Virus record (IMG/VR): IMGVR_UViG_3300038468_000170
Coordinates: 1-64,000 of that record
Strand: one strand, 5' to 3'
DNA: 64,000 nucleotides
Source: a virus
The notes beneath the pieces were generated by a model. That model had not been told where the DNA came from and made no database searches. It was given only the letters and a program-made list of their open reading frames with translations. Shown one piece after another: positions 7,516-16,652 of the stretch. The position numbers and the translations under genes are program-made. How positions within the stretch are numbered: position 1 is the stretch's first letter; the number at the start of each line of letters is the position of its first letter.

Positions 7516-8501
7516 TCAAAGAAGTCTTCGCTCCGCATCTCAACCGCAACGTGAAGTTCGGCAGGCGGCATCCCGTCGCTTTCGGCCCGCATCTCAAGCT
7601 CAAGAACTACTTGAAGGCGGCGCTTCCGGTAGCGCCTCCGACGTACGACTACACGGCGAAGGCCGCGCCGATCCTGTCCGACATCATGGGCAACGACCGC
7701 TACGGGGACTGCGTCTTTGCATGCGGATACCATCTCGTCGGCGTCGAGACCGCGAACGCGGGCAATCCATTCCACGCGAAGCTCGCTCAGGTGGAAGCCG
7801 ATTACACGGCGACGACCGGCTTCAACCCGAACGATCCGTCGACGGACAACGGTGCGAACATCCAAGACGTTCTGAACTACTGGTCGAGTCACGGCTTCGC
7901 GAACGGAACGAAGATCCTGGGCTACCTCGCGGTCGACGCGACGAACGTTGCCGAGGTCATGTCGTGTGTCTACTTGTTCGAGAACCTCGTCCTCGGCATG
8001 TCGCTTCCGGATGCGTGGATCTCTCCGTTCCCGAGCGGTAACGGTTTCACATGGGATCGCGCGGGAAGCCCCGACCAATCGAATGGTCACTGTGTCGGCG
8101 CCTTCGGCTACGGTCAGAAGGGCGTCACCATTGCCACGTGGGGCCTCCTCGGCACGCTCACGTATCCGGCGCTTGCCGAGTACGCAGTCTCTTCCGGTAG
8201 CGGCGAGCTCTGGGTCGTCATCACCCCGGACCAGCTCGCGAAGGGTCAGCAGAAGGCTCCGAACGGGGTTGCATGGGCGAACCTCATCCTCGACTTCGAT
8301 TCGATCGGCGGCCACGTGCCGCTTCCCGCGCCTCCGCCCCCGCCACCTCCGCTTCCTCCCGCAAGTGGCGGTGTGTCGCTCGCTCAAGCCGAGGCTGCGG
8401 TCAAGGCTGCGTTCGCGCACCAGCCGATCATCATGTCGAACAGCGCCGCCGTCTCGGCCGCCATGAAGGCGCTCGAGGGTCTCGCCGGCTGGCCGAGGTG
8501 A
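7512..8501 (+). CDS. Papain-like cysteine peptidase
   Basis: GNDRYGDCVFA (Cys), NGHCV (His), IATWG. Confidence 0.7.
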   Translation: MIKEVFAPHLNRNVKFGRRHPVAFGPHLKLKNYLKAALPVAPPTYDYTAKAAPILSDIMGNDRYGDCVFACGYHLVGVETANAGNPFHAKLAQVEADYTATTGFNPNDPSTDNGANIQDVLNYWSSHGFANGTKILGYLAVDATNVAEVMSCVYLFENLVLGMSLPDAWISPFPSGNGFTWDRAGSPDQSNGHCVGAFGYGQKGVTIATWGLLGTLTYPALAEYAVSSGSGELWVVITPDQLAKGQQKAPNGVAWANLILDFDSIGGHVPLPAPPPPPPPLPPASGGVSLAQAEAAVKAAFAHQPIIMSNSAAVSAAMKALEGLAGWPR

Positions 8502-8505
8502 ATCC

Positions 8506-8748
8506 TCACTTTCGGATTCGAGCGATACGTGCCTGGGCGCCGTCGCTCGGAGGCGGGTCGAAACAGCACGCATTCGCGGGGCAAGTCGTGCCGTCGCCGC
8601 AGAACTCGTTGTCGTAGCAGCAGGTCCCGTCGCCGCACGAGACGCGGTATTGACCGCACGGCCCCGGTGGAGGTCCGGGAGGATTGCATCGTGATCCAAG
8701 AAAGATCACCGAGAAGACGAGGAGTGCTACACGCCGCATGATCGTCAA
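8506..8748 (-). CDS. Small secreted/lipoprotein, Cys-rich
   Basis: Hydrophobic N-terminus, many Cys. Confidence 0.6.
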   Translation of the reverse strand: MTIMRRVALLVFSVIFLGSRCNPPGPPPGPCGQYRVSCGDGTCCYDNEFCGDGTTCPANACCFDPPPSDGAQARIARIRK

Positions 8749-9362
8749 TTCGAGTACCAGACGATCGGAGAGCGCCCCTTCAGGTCCGCGCCCGTCATGC
8801 TCATGTCGAACAGCATGCCGAAGAGCGTCTGGTCGAGGGGAGGGATTTGCCAGATCGCGAAGCCGCAGGTCGGGTCCGGGATGTCACGCGATCCGCCACG
8901 CCAGTAGAGGTGCACGTTCGGTAAGGCGTAGAGCTCCGCGCCCGATAAGAGCTGGCCTGCTCCCACGTAGGCGAGGGGCACGAAGCCTGCGCCCGAGATC
9001 GCGGCCGTGATAGCTTTGTCGTACGCGGTCGCATCCGCGTGACTCCCGTGCTGCTCTTCCAAGTCCACCATCAAATGCACGCCGGTAGGGACGCCGAGCG
9101 CCGTCGCGCGCTCGAGGATGTGCGTCGCGCGCGTGTGCCCGAACGCCTCCGAGATCGGACTTACGGGAGCCATGGAGAGCGGCAGAATCCCGAGTCCGGC
9201 GGTGAACAGGCCGTCGCGCTCGGCCGCGGACAGGTTCTCGATATACCTGCCGACGATGTCGACCCGAGCGCTTTTTAGCGCCAGTGCCGTCTCGATCGAG
9301 ATGGGCGCGAAGCTGTCGACCATCTTGGAGTAGAGCAAACACTGACGAGCAACCCCGGTCAT
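8745..9362 (-). CDS. DUF1906/Rv2525c-like glycoside hydrolase (putative peptidoglycan hydrolase)
   Basis: VGRY..NLSAAE....AGLGI, ALGVP.G..LMVDLE, AYVG, IWQ pattern; start at MTGVARQ. Confidence 0.7.
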   Translation of the reverse strand: MTGVARQCLLYSKMVDSFAPISIETALALKSARVDIVGRYIENLSAAERDGLFTAGLGILPLSMAPVSPISEAFGHTRATHILERATALGVPTGVHLMVDLEEQHGSHADATAYDKAITAAISGAGFVPLAYVGAGQLLSGAELYALPNVHLYWRGGSRDIPDPTCGFAIWQIPPLDQTLFGMLFDMSMTGADLKGRSPIVWYSN

Positions 9363-9371
9363 GGCTCGAGT

Positions 9372-9788
9372 ATGGTAGCATGGGTCATGCTCCAAACGGG
9401 ACTCGACTTCGCTCCTGGAACGACCGATGAATGCAAGCGGTTGATCGGGCGGCTCTTTTCGCCTACTGACATCTTTGCCGCGTACCGAGAAGGACGAGCC
9501 GCCTTCAGTACAGGAGACCTCGTCCTGCTTGCCTCGGAGCACGACCCGAGCGGCTTCAAGGTGCAGCCCCGCGTCGCTTACCTGAAAGATCTCAAGGACG
9601 CTCTCGGGCACAATGCGGCAAAGACGTTGCCAGTGCTTACGATTTCGCAGAAGACGGCCCACGCGGTGATGCGCCTTCCGGGCGATTCGGACGCCATGTG
9701 GCTCGTCATTGCACGCGGCAAAGACATGCCGGTCATGTGTGTCCTCTACGCGACCCCGTACGCTACCGGCTACAGCGCGGTAAATTAG
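9372..9788 (+). CDS. Hypothetical protein
   Basis: ORF with protein-like composition. Confidence 0.6.
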   Translation: MVAWVMLQTGLDFAPGTTDECKRLIGRLFSPTDIFAAYREGRAAFSTGDLVLLASEHDPSGFKVQPRVAYLKDLKDALGHNAAKTLPVLTISQKTAHAVMRLPGDSDAMWLVIARGKDMPVMCVLYATPYATGYSAVN

Positions 9789-9840
9789 GCTGAAAACGAG
9801 GGGATAGACAGCAAACCCGGCCCATCGTAAGCTCTTTCGC

Positions 9841-10119
9841 ATGAGCAACGCTAAAACCGGAGTCTTGAGCGCGTTCGGGGCGCTGCTCGGAGGCGCTGCG
9901 GGGGCCTTCGCGGGCCGATACGCGGTGCAGATGCGCCCACGCACTCAGTCGAGCAGAAGGGTGTCGTACCAAGAGGTCGAGGACGCAATGGTGATCGGCG
10001 CAGGAGCCGGATCAGTGATTGGCGCGTTCGTCGGAGGCACACTCGGCGGCGAAGAGGCGCCACAGGTGGTCGCGGTTGCGGCCCGCCCGACCGTGCAGCC
10101 CCAGTTGCGCTACCCGTGA
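9841..10119 (+). CDS. Small membrane protein (glycine-zipper-like helices)
   Basis: Two Gly/Ala-rich hydrophobic segments. Confidence 0.65.
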   Translation: MSNAKTGVLSAFGALLGGAAGAFAGRYAVQMRPRTQSSRRVSYQEVEDAMVIGAGAGSVIGAFVGGTLGGEEAPQVVAVAARPTVQPQLRYP

Positions 10120-10496
10120 ACATTGAGGACGTATTCCAACGGCTCGGCGTTCTGTCCGCGCAGTTGGGCGGGCTCTCGGAAGACATGCGATCCCTATCGC
10201 GCCGTCTCGAAGAGCACGTCGACGACGACACGGACAAGAACGCGAAAATCGCACGAGAACTCGGCGAGATTTCGACCGAGCTCAAACGGATCGGAAAAGT
10301 CGAGGAACGTCAGTGGGAAGAAACGAGCAAGGCGGGGAAGCTCGAGGGTTCTGATCGACCGAGACGTAAGAGCGTCAGCGACCGCGCACTGCTCTTACTG
10401 ATTGCCGCGCTGATTCCGCTGGCGCACGCGGTGCAAGCGGTTACGGAGCGCGCGTGGCCGGCGCCAGCACCGCCGGCAGCCTCGTCTCACCCGTAA
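10116..10496 (+). CDS. Coiled-coil protein with C-terminal TM helix
   Basis: Heptad-like N-terminus, ALLLLIAALIPLA. Confidence 0.6.
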   Translation: MNIEDVFQRLGVLSAQLGGLSEDMRSLSRRLEEHVDDDTDKNAKIARELGEISTELKRIGKVEERQWEETSKAGKLEGSDRPRRKSVSDRALLLLIAALIPLAHAVQAVTERAWPAPAPPAASSHP

Positions 10497-11284
10497 GGGA
10501 GCGGGGGCTCTTGGCGCCGCGGATGGTAATAGACAACGAGCGCCCCGCCGACGAGCACGACAGCGACGGCCGCAGCGATACCGATCCACTGAAGCGTCTC
10601 TTTGGGAGGAGTGATGGCGCCCCAGTCCGGAGGAGCCGGAGGCGTCACCTTTCCCCAATATTTGACCGGGTCGGTGCCAGGCGGAAGCCACGTCGGTAGC
10701 CCTTTCAAATTCGAGGGCCAAAGAGTGTCTTGGTAGACGACGAATAGGTTATCCGTGTAGTACGAAGCTCCTCCGGGAAGAACCGAAACACTCGTTTGCA
10801 CGACAGTGTTCTTGACCGTTTTCGTGTTGCTCTGAACCCACGCATCGAACCCTTCTCCGGTTTGGGTGATGTTGGAGTACGTGTACGTGCCCGGATGCAG
10901 CGTCACTCCGTTTGGGGCTGACTCGATGGGGCCGGAAGGTTTGATGACCGCGATGGGGGTCGTGCCGTAGTTCTTCGCCGGAGCGGCAAAGAGTGCTGCG
11001 CGCCCTCCTGTCGCGACGTAGTTCCGAAGCGCTTCCTTTTCGTCGTCGCTCCCTCCGAAGAAGTCGATGTAGTGTTGCTTTTGCTCAGGTGTTGTAGAAG
11101 TGTCATCCAGTGCGGCTGCCGCTTCGTCGAACGAGTTCTGTTCGTCCCCGTGCGAGTTGTACCAGGCGACCCACGTAACGGCGGGACCTGAAAGCCCAAG
11201 CCTGATGACGCGACGACCGTTGAGATAGATCCCCTCGGGACGGATGACGGGGCACCCTCCGAGAAACACCGTTTCGTTCATCAT
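10487..11284 (-). CDS. Tail-anchored membrane protein (putative virion)
   Basis: C-terminal TM WIGIAAAVAVVLVGGALVVYY followed by basic residues. Confidence 0.65.
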   Translation of the reverse strand: MMNETVFLGGCPVIRPEGIYLNGRRVIRLGLSGPAVTWVAWYNSHGDEQNSFDEAAAALDDTSTTPEQKQHYIDFFGGSDDEKEALRNYVATGGRAALFAAPAKNYGTTPIAVIKPSGPIESAPNGVTLHPGTYTYSNITQTGEGFDAWVQSNTKTVKNTVVQTSVSVLPGGASYYTDNLFVVYQDTLWPSNLKGLPTWLPPGTDPVKYWGKVTPPAPPDWGAITPPKETLQWIGIAAAVAVVLVGGALVVYYHPRRQEPPLPYG

Positions 11285-11481
11285 CGTCGTCGCTTCTTCC
11301 CGCGAACCTTTTTCGCGACCTCTTCGATGACCCATCCGGTCGCTGCACCCATGGCGCTCGTAGCGAGTGCGAAAAGCCAAGGTGACGTCGCCGTGGCGGC
11401 CATAGTAGTCGGGGCCATGAGCGCCTGTCCGAAGCCGACGGCCGGTTTACCTCCTGGCGCGACGGGGGGATCGTAGGTCAT
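11281..11481 (-). CDS. Small membrane protein with basic tail
   Basis: Hydrophobic helix then KKVRGKKRRR. Confidence 0.6.
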   Translation of the reverse strand: MTYDPPVAPGGKPAVGFGQALMAPTTMAATATSPWLFALATSAMGAATGWVIEEVAKKVRGKKRRR

Positions 11482-11906
11482 GCGGCCTTCTTACGCCCTT
11501 TCAAGGTTGCGATTGTGGCGATGGTTCCGACCGCGAGGCTCACCGCCGTTAGCACACCCACAGCCTTACCGATCCCGTCCGAAGGCGGAGTGACCGTCCC
11601 GGCTGCCGGCGCGGTCCCGCTCGGTAGGAAGATCGCGGCTGCTTTGAAACAGCCTTGCACGAGGTTCCCTGTCGCATCGCGGCCCCAAGAGTGCGGCTCG
11701 ACGCGGATAAGCGTCGTAACTCCCGGAAGCGGATAGCTTTCGGTCGTGCCGAGCGGCACCGCCGTGTCGGCAGCGATGGCCTGTGCTCGCGTCGCCAAAG
11801 CATCCGGGATCGGACCGTTCGCGTCCGTCCACGGCTGCCAGCCGTCGGGCGGCGGCACACGCGGGCATTTCGCCGCGAGCTCTGGTCCAACGCCGAACTC
11901 GGCCAT
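11478..11906 (-). CDS. Tail-anchored membrane protein; probable paralog of 45156-45557
   Basis: PDGW...P.GT...VE.H motif; C-terminal TM plus KGRKK. Confidence 0.65.
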   Translation of the reverse strand: MAEFGVGPELAAKCPRVPPPDGWQPWTDANGPIPDALATRAQAIAADTAVPLGTTESYPLPGVTTLIRVEPHSWGRDATGNLVQGCFKAAAIFLPSGTAPAAGTVTPPSDGIGKAVGVLTAVSLAVGTIATIATLKGRKKAA

Positions 11907-11991
11907 CTCGAGTAGAGTCTACGTGTGACGCCTTGACACGTCTAGCCGCACGGGGGCAGTATACCGATCGGACAACGATGGTGCACCGAGC

Positions 11992-12201
11992 GTGAAACCG
12001 TTACCGCCGAAAACGAAGCACGTAGGCGTCAAATTCACCCCTGATCAGTACCAACTGATCTCCGAACGCGCCCAGTTTTGCGGTGTGCCGGTGAGCGCCT
12101 GGATTCGATTCATCTCGCTCCAAGTCGCAAAACAGCAACCAGGGAAAGCCGGCTCGCAACGACAACTTCGCATTCGAGAGCCGAACGGAGCGATCACATG
12201 A
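11992..12201 (+). CDS. Ribbon-helix-helix (MobC/CopG-like) regulator
   Basis: TKHVGVKFTPDQYQLISERAQFCGVPVSAWIR. Confidence 0.7.
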   Translation: MKPLPPKTKHVGVKFTPDQYQLISERAQFCGVPVSAWIRFISLQVAKQQPGKAGSQRQLRIREPNGAIT

Positions 12202-12752
12202 GCGCAAACACCAATCCTCGTGAGATGATGGGACTCGAGATCCCCGGTGATCGACGAGTACCGATCTCGGTGCGCGATTGGAACGCGATGCGGCTCGCTC
12301 TCTGGAGGAGTAGCGTCGGATGGGGGATCGTGATGCAACAGGCAGTAGCGATCCTCGACGACTGTCTTCACGATCCTTCGTGCCCTGGCGCGAGCAGCGA
12401 AACCGAGCTGTGCCTACCGAATTGCGAGGATCGCGAGAAGCGGATGAGCGCCCTTGTTATTCTGAACGCCGCGAGACAGTTTGCTCCGGTCGACGCCCGC
12501 AGAGCTGCGGACGATCAATACTTCGCGCCGAGCCGCGAGTATTTCAGTGAGGTGCTCTCGTCACTCGCGGCAGCACAGGCCGAGAACGAAATTTTGCGAG
12601 AAGCGCTTCGTCGTGCGGGCATCGAAGCGCCGACTCCGCCCCCGAACGAGACTCCGGCGGTGCCGCCACGCTTGGGCCCATCGAAGCGAGAGCTCGCGGC
12701 CTTTGCGGAGAATCTCGATACAGAAGAGGAAGAAGATGAAGCTCGAACCTAG
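12198..12752 (+). CDS. Hypothetical protein
   Basis: ATGA overlap, GGAG RBS. Confidence 0.6.
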   Translation: MSANTNPREMMGLEIPGDRRVPISVRDWNAMRLALWRSSVGWGIVMQQAVAILDDCLHDPSCPGASSETELCLPNCEDREKRMSALVILNAARQFAPVDARRAADDQYFAPSREYFSEVLSSLAAAQAENEILREALRRAGIEAPTPPPNETPAVPPRLGPSKRELAAFAENLDTEEEEDEART

Positions 12753-13113
12753 GAACAACCAAATCATCGGTCGGATCGTCATCAGGCGCGCGTTCTCGTC
12801 GATCGTTCGCCCCGACCAGACGAAGGACATCACCAAGTTCATTTTGGTCGATGCGGTCGGTAGCGGCGCCGCAGCCAAAGGTGTCAAGATCGGCGACGTC
12901 ATCGTTCCAATGGCGATCGGGAAAATCATGCTGGACGACGGATTCCGACCGTCCCTCGAAGAGGAGAACGTCGGATTTTTCGTTCGGGACGTGAGCCCGA
13001 GCGATCTCCTGATCCAGACGGACAACGGCCTCGAGTACGTCCCCTTCGACTCCGAGAAGGCGGCGAAGTCGCTCGGCGCGGTCGTGAAGGAAGCCGAATC
13101 CGAGGCGGCATGA
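12736..13113 (+). CDS. GroES-like co-chaperonin
   Basis: MKLEPRNNQIIGR...IVRPD...VDAVGSG...VKIGDVIV matches the GroES pattern. Confidence 0.6.
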   Translation: MKLEPRNNQIIGRIVIRRAFSSIVRPDQTKDITKFILVDAVGSGAAAKGVKIGDVIVPMAIGKIMLDDGFRPSLEEENVGFFVRDVSPSDLLIQTDNGLEYVPFDSEKAAKSLGAVVKEAESEAA

Positions 13114-13697
13114 TGTTCGCGCGCGCTCTCCGACGTCCTCCATGCGCGTGCCCCCGCGGCGTGCGCGAAACGCCCCTGCGTCGCCCCCGAGGCGTCGAGC
13201 CGGTAGAGCTGGTCGGCGCTTCGAGCGGTGCCAGGTGCCGGCCATTTCTCGTGGTGCGAAAGGACCCGGAGCGGTTCGCGGCCTGCAACGAACTCGCCGA
13301 TCGCATAGGACCCCTCAACGATCCGAAGAAGGTCATCCGCTTGCTCGAGGAAGCCATCGGCGACGAGCTGAACGAGGTTTTCGGCGTGCTGACGGTGGAC
13401 ATCCACGGCCGCATGAAGGGGATGACGGAGACCGGTCGGGGGGAAGCGTCAAGCGTGATGGCACCGATGATACCGACCATCCGAGCCGCGCTGTTCAGCG
13501 GCGGCGAGGGAGCCATCCTCTGGCACGTGCATCCGTCGGGAGTCGTGGCCGAGCCCAGCAAGGCCGACAAGGACACAACGAAGGCGTTCGCGGATGCGTT
13601 CGAAACCATCGGCATGCCTCTCATAGACCACATCATCGTCGCAGGCGACGCGCGAAGGCGCAGCTATTTCAGCTTTGCGAAAGAGGGGTTGCTATAG
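13110..13697 (+). CDS. JAB/MPN domain protein (RadC-like)
   Basis: E...WHVHPSG...PSKAD...LIDHIIV. Confidence 0.85.
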   Translation: MMFARALRRPPCACPRGVRETPLRRPRGVEPVELVGASSGARCRPFLVVRKDPERFAACNELADRIGPLNDPKKVIRLLEEAIGDELNEVFGVLTVDIHGRMKGMTETGRGEASSVMAPMIPTIRAALFSGGEGAILWHVHPSGVVAEPSKADKDTTKAFADAFETIGMPLIDHIIVAGDARRRSYFSFAKEGLL

Positions 13698-13747
13698 GCT
13701 CACCGGGTGGTTAACGAGGGGGACAGAAGAGAAAGGAAACTTCGTCC

Positions 13748-14218
13748 ATGACGATGCCCGTAGCCTCAGGCGGAACAATCCAAGATTTCGTCGACACGGA
13801 GGTCCCTCCAGATCTCAGGTTCCCTCGACTCTTTCGAGTGGTCGCCATGTCCCCGCTCCCAAACGACGGGGAAATCATCAACGCAATCGGGCAGAAGGTG
13901 ATCCGGTGGGTCATCAAGAAGGCGCACCCGCTATCTCCCGGTAGCGTCGTCGTACGCATGTACCGCAAGCCCGACGGCGTCATGATTTACTCGGTCACCG
14001 CCGATGGCAAGAACGGCGTCGTGAATTTCTTGCCTCGGGAGCAGGTGCTCATGACCGAAGAAGTCATGAGCCCGCAAGTGCTGCTCGACGAGCTCGACTC
14101 TCAGGAGCGCGATCTGGTGAAGGCATTGGAGGACGACGAGGACGATAATCCCGAGCACCAGGGATCCGGAGAATCTCCGGAGCCGCCGTCTTCCGTAGAC
14201 GGACAAGCTCCTTCCTGA
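13748..14218 (+). CDS. Hypothetical protein, acidic C-terminus
   Basis: AAGGA RBS, ORF. Confidence 0.65.
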   Translation: MTMPVASGGTIQDFVDTEVPPDLRFPRLFRVVAMSPLPNDGEIINAIGQKVIRWVIKKAHPLSPGSVVVRMYRKPDGVMIYSVTADGKNGVVNFLPREQVLMTEEVMSPQVLLDELDSQERDLVKALEDDEDDNPEHQGSGESPEPPSSVDGQAPS

Positions 14219-14229
14219 AAGGCGCCACC

Positions 14230-15882
14230 ATGGCGGGTCGTCGACGCAGCCGAGAGCTGCATGATGATGAACGATCTCTGAGCGGCAGCGTGCCCGCTCA
14301 GCAGGACGAGGCCGACATCTTAGCCGAGGCTGAGGTCGAGCCCGACGAGAACGGAGATCCATCGATCACCATCGAGAAAGCCCGCGAACTCGGGGCGCTC
14401 GATGCCGACACCGTACGCAACAACCGGCGCATCAACGACATGGTCGGTAAGCGGCGAGCCAATCAGCGCGTCAACTTCAACGTCGACGATCCGATCCAGA
14501 TGTTCGACGGCCTGCTCCAGACCTGGCCGACCAACACGATGGACGTGAAGTGCGTGCGTCTGACCGGATCTTCGATCACGAAGATGATCACCAGCCGTCC
14601 GAGAAACGGGGTCGAGCTCTACGAAGCGATCAAGACCCAGGTGCACGGACAGAGCGAAGAGGCCGAGTACCAAATCCAGTTCATCGACACGACGAGCAAG
14701 CAGTGGCGCGGCAAGGCCAAAATCACGATGCCGGACACTCGCCCGCCGGGACAGCAAGGACAGCCTCCCATGACTCAGCCCTACTATCCTCCGGGATACC
14801 AACCGCCACCGGGCTACCCACCGCCTTGGTACGCGCCGCAGCCGCAGCCGCCGCCTCAACAGCAACCGCCGGCACCAGCTCAGCAACCGCCGGTCGTCGT
14901 GCAAGCACCGCAGGGAATGGACATGGGCGCGATGCTGTCGGCGTTCCAGCAGATGAGTGAGTTGCTTCGGTCATGGCAGCCCGCGCCGCCGCAGCCGCAG
15001 CCGCAGCAGCCGCAGCAGCAACCGCAGGCGGCGCCGTACCCCTACATGCCGCCGCCCCCACCCCCGTCCGCAGATCCGACGCAGATGATGGCGTGGATGC
15101 AACAAATGGCTGACATCGTCCGATCGATGCAACCTCCGCAGCAGCGCGGACCCCAGACGTACCCCGCTCAGCCAGCGAGCACGCTACCTACGCGCGTGCC
15201 TCCGATGCAGCCGCCTCCGGGCACTGTGTGGGCATGGATTCAGGACATTGGCTGGGTCACCCAGCCCATCCAAGGAGCCGGACCGGGCCCCGGATACCGA
15301 CCTCCATATTACCCACGTGGCGACCAAGGTGGTGTGCCTCCGGCGTATGGACCGCCACGTGTGCCGCAGAGTTCCCCTCTCGATAGCTTTCGTGACGCGC
15401 TCGGTGTGGTGCGAAGCGCTTACGACATGGTGGACGAGTTCGAGGGTCTACGCCCCGCGCGTGGTGACGCCACTCCAGAGGCAACGACGGCAGAAGACGA
15501 CGACAGTCCGCTCAAGATCATCGACACAGGAAAGGGCAAGATCGTCGTCAACAAAACCGACGGATCGCTGCGCGGCTGGGAGACCGGTCTTGCGAACCTG
15601 CCCGAGCTGTTCAAGTGGGGTGGCGAGCAGGTCGACAAGGTCGTTCGAGCCCGCAATGAGCGTGAGCGCGAACGTGCGCAGCCGAAAGTCCTACCTCCAG
15701 GATACGTCGAGGTCGGACCCGGATACCAACCGCCCCCCGGGTACACGGCTATTCCAGTAGACCCGCAGACGCTTCAGCCCGTACCTCAGTTTCCGCCGCC
15801 CCCTGCGAATATCCCGCCGCCGATCTCGACGCCACAGGCGCCGTCCGGATCTTCATGGGGGCCGCCGACGGAAGAGGGTTGA
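14230..15882 (+). CDS. Pro/Gln-rich protein
   Basis: Globular N-terminus plus repeated PPGY/QPQP low-complexity segments. Confidence 0.75.
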   Translation: MAGRRRSRELHDDERSLSGSVPAQQDEADILAEAEVEPDENGDPSITIEKARELGALDADTVRNNRRINDMVGKRRANQRVNFNVDDPIQMFDGLLQTWPTNTMDVKCVRLTGSSITKMITSRPRNGVELYEAIKTQVHGQSEEAEYQIQFIDTTSKQWRGKAKITMPDTRPPGQQGQPPMTQPYYPPGYQPPPGYPPPWYAPQPQPPPQQQPPAPAQQPPVVVQAPQGMDMGAMLSAFQQMSELLRSWQPAPPQPQPQQPQQQPQAAPYPYMPPPPPPSADPTQMMAWMQQMADIVRSMQPPQQRGPQTYPAQPASTLPTRVPPMQPPPGTVWAWIQDIGWVTQPIQGAGPGPGYRPPYYPRGDQGGVPPAYGPPRVPQSSPLDSFRDALGVVRSAYDMVDEFEGLRPARGDATPEATTAEDDDSPLKIIDTGKGKIVVNKTDGSLRGWETGLANLPELFKWGGEQVDKVVRARNERERERAQPKVLPPGYVEVGPGYQPPPGYTAIPVDPQTLQPVPQFPPPPANIPPPISTPQAPSGSSWGPPTEEG

Positions 15883-15883
15883 G

Positions 15884-16357
15884 ATGAACGTCGAGATCAA
15901 TGTTCAGTTCACGGAAGACGAACTCCGAAAGTACGCCGAGGATGTAGGTCGGCGGTGGTTTCTGACTTTCGTTCGAGAAACAATCAAAGAACCGGGGTTG
16001 TTTGCCTTCCTGCAACAGGCCATCAAATTAGGGATCGACCACGCCAAAACGGAGCCCAAACGAGGTAACGGCGGACCGATACCTTCACCACGTTCACCAG
16101 AACCGTTTTATCCGCCACCACCCGTGCCTAGAACGCCGGACGCGCAAGGCCCCTTTGGACCTTCTGGAGATCCGCTCGCTTCGTGCCTCCCCGTCGAAGA
16201 GAGTCGACATCACGAAGAAGGGTGGGCTTGCCACGTCTGCGCAACCTACAACACCGAGAACCGGAGAATTTGCCGGCATTGCAGCCACGAGCGGTGCGAC
16301 GTATCGCCCCCGCCGGACGCAGATCCATTCGGTGGAGCACCGCAAGGAGTGGCGTGA
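15884..16357 (+). CDS. RanBP2-type zinc-finger protein
   Basis: WACHVCATYNTENRRICRHC = W-x-C-x2-C-x3-N-x6-C-x2-C. Confidence 0.7.
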   Translation: MNVEINVQFTEDELRKYAEDVGRRWFLTFVRETIKEPGLFAFLQQAIKLGIDHAKTEPKRGNGGPIPSPRSPEPFYPPPPVPRTPDAQGPFGPSGDPLASCLPVEESRHHEEGWACHVCATYNTENRRICRHCSHERCDVSPPPDADPFGGAPQGVA

Positions 16358-16539
16358 AGTACCGAATCCTCATGAGCGTCGAGGTAGACGCACAAAGCGA
16401 TCGTCAGGCGCTCGAGTACGCGCAGAAGCTCTCGACGTTGCTCAAGTCTCCGCTCGTGAGAATGGCGGTCGAAGGCGACGGGATACGGCTGTCTCAGGGC
16501 GACGGGCAACCGATCGTCCACCAGCCGTGGCGCGTGTAG
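16354..16539 (+). CDS. Small hypothetical protein
   Basis: AAGGAG RBS, GTGA overlap. Confidence 0.55.
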   Translation: MKYRILMSVEVDAQSDRQALEYAQKLSTLLKSPLVRMAVEGDGIRLSQGDGQPIVHQPWRV

Positions 16540-16652
16540 TAGACTAGGCTTCGGCCGGTCGCTGAAGAGTGTTTCCTTTCCGCTTTTTGGCGGCCGGCTG
16601 CTCTCGAGCTAGACGAGATCGGGGCTACCGCGTAGGCTGATGGCCGACACCT

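Noticed and set aside
11933-11965. Sigma70 promoter with TTGACA between divergent genes
   Set aside because: No convincing -10 box at 16-18 bp spacing.
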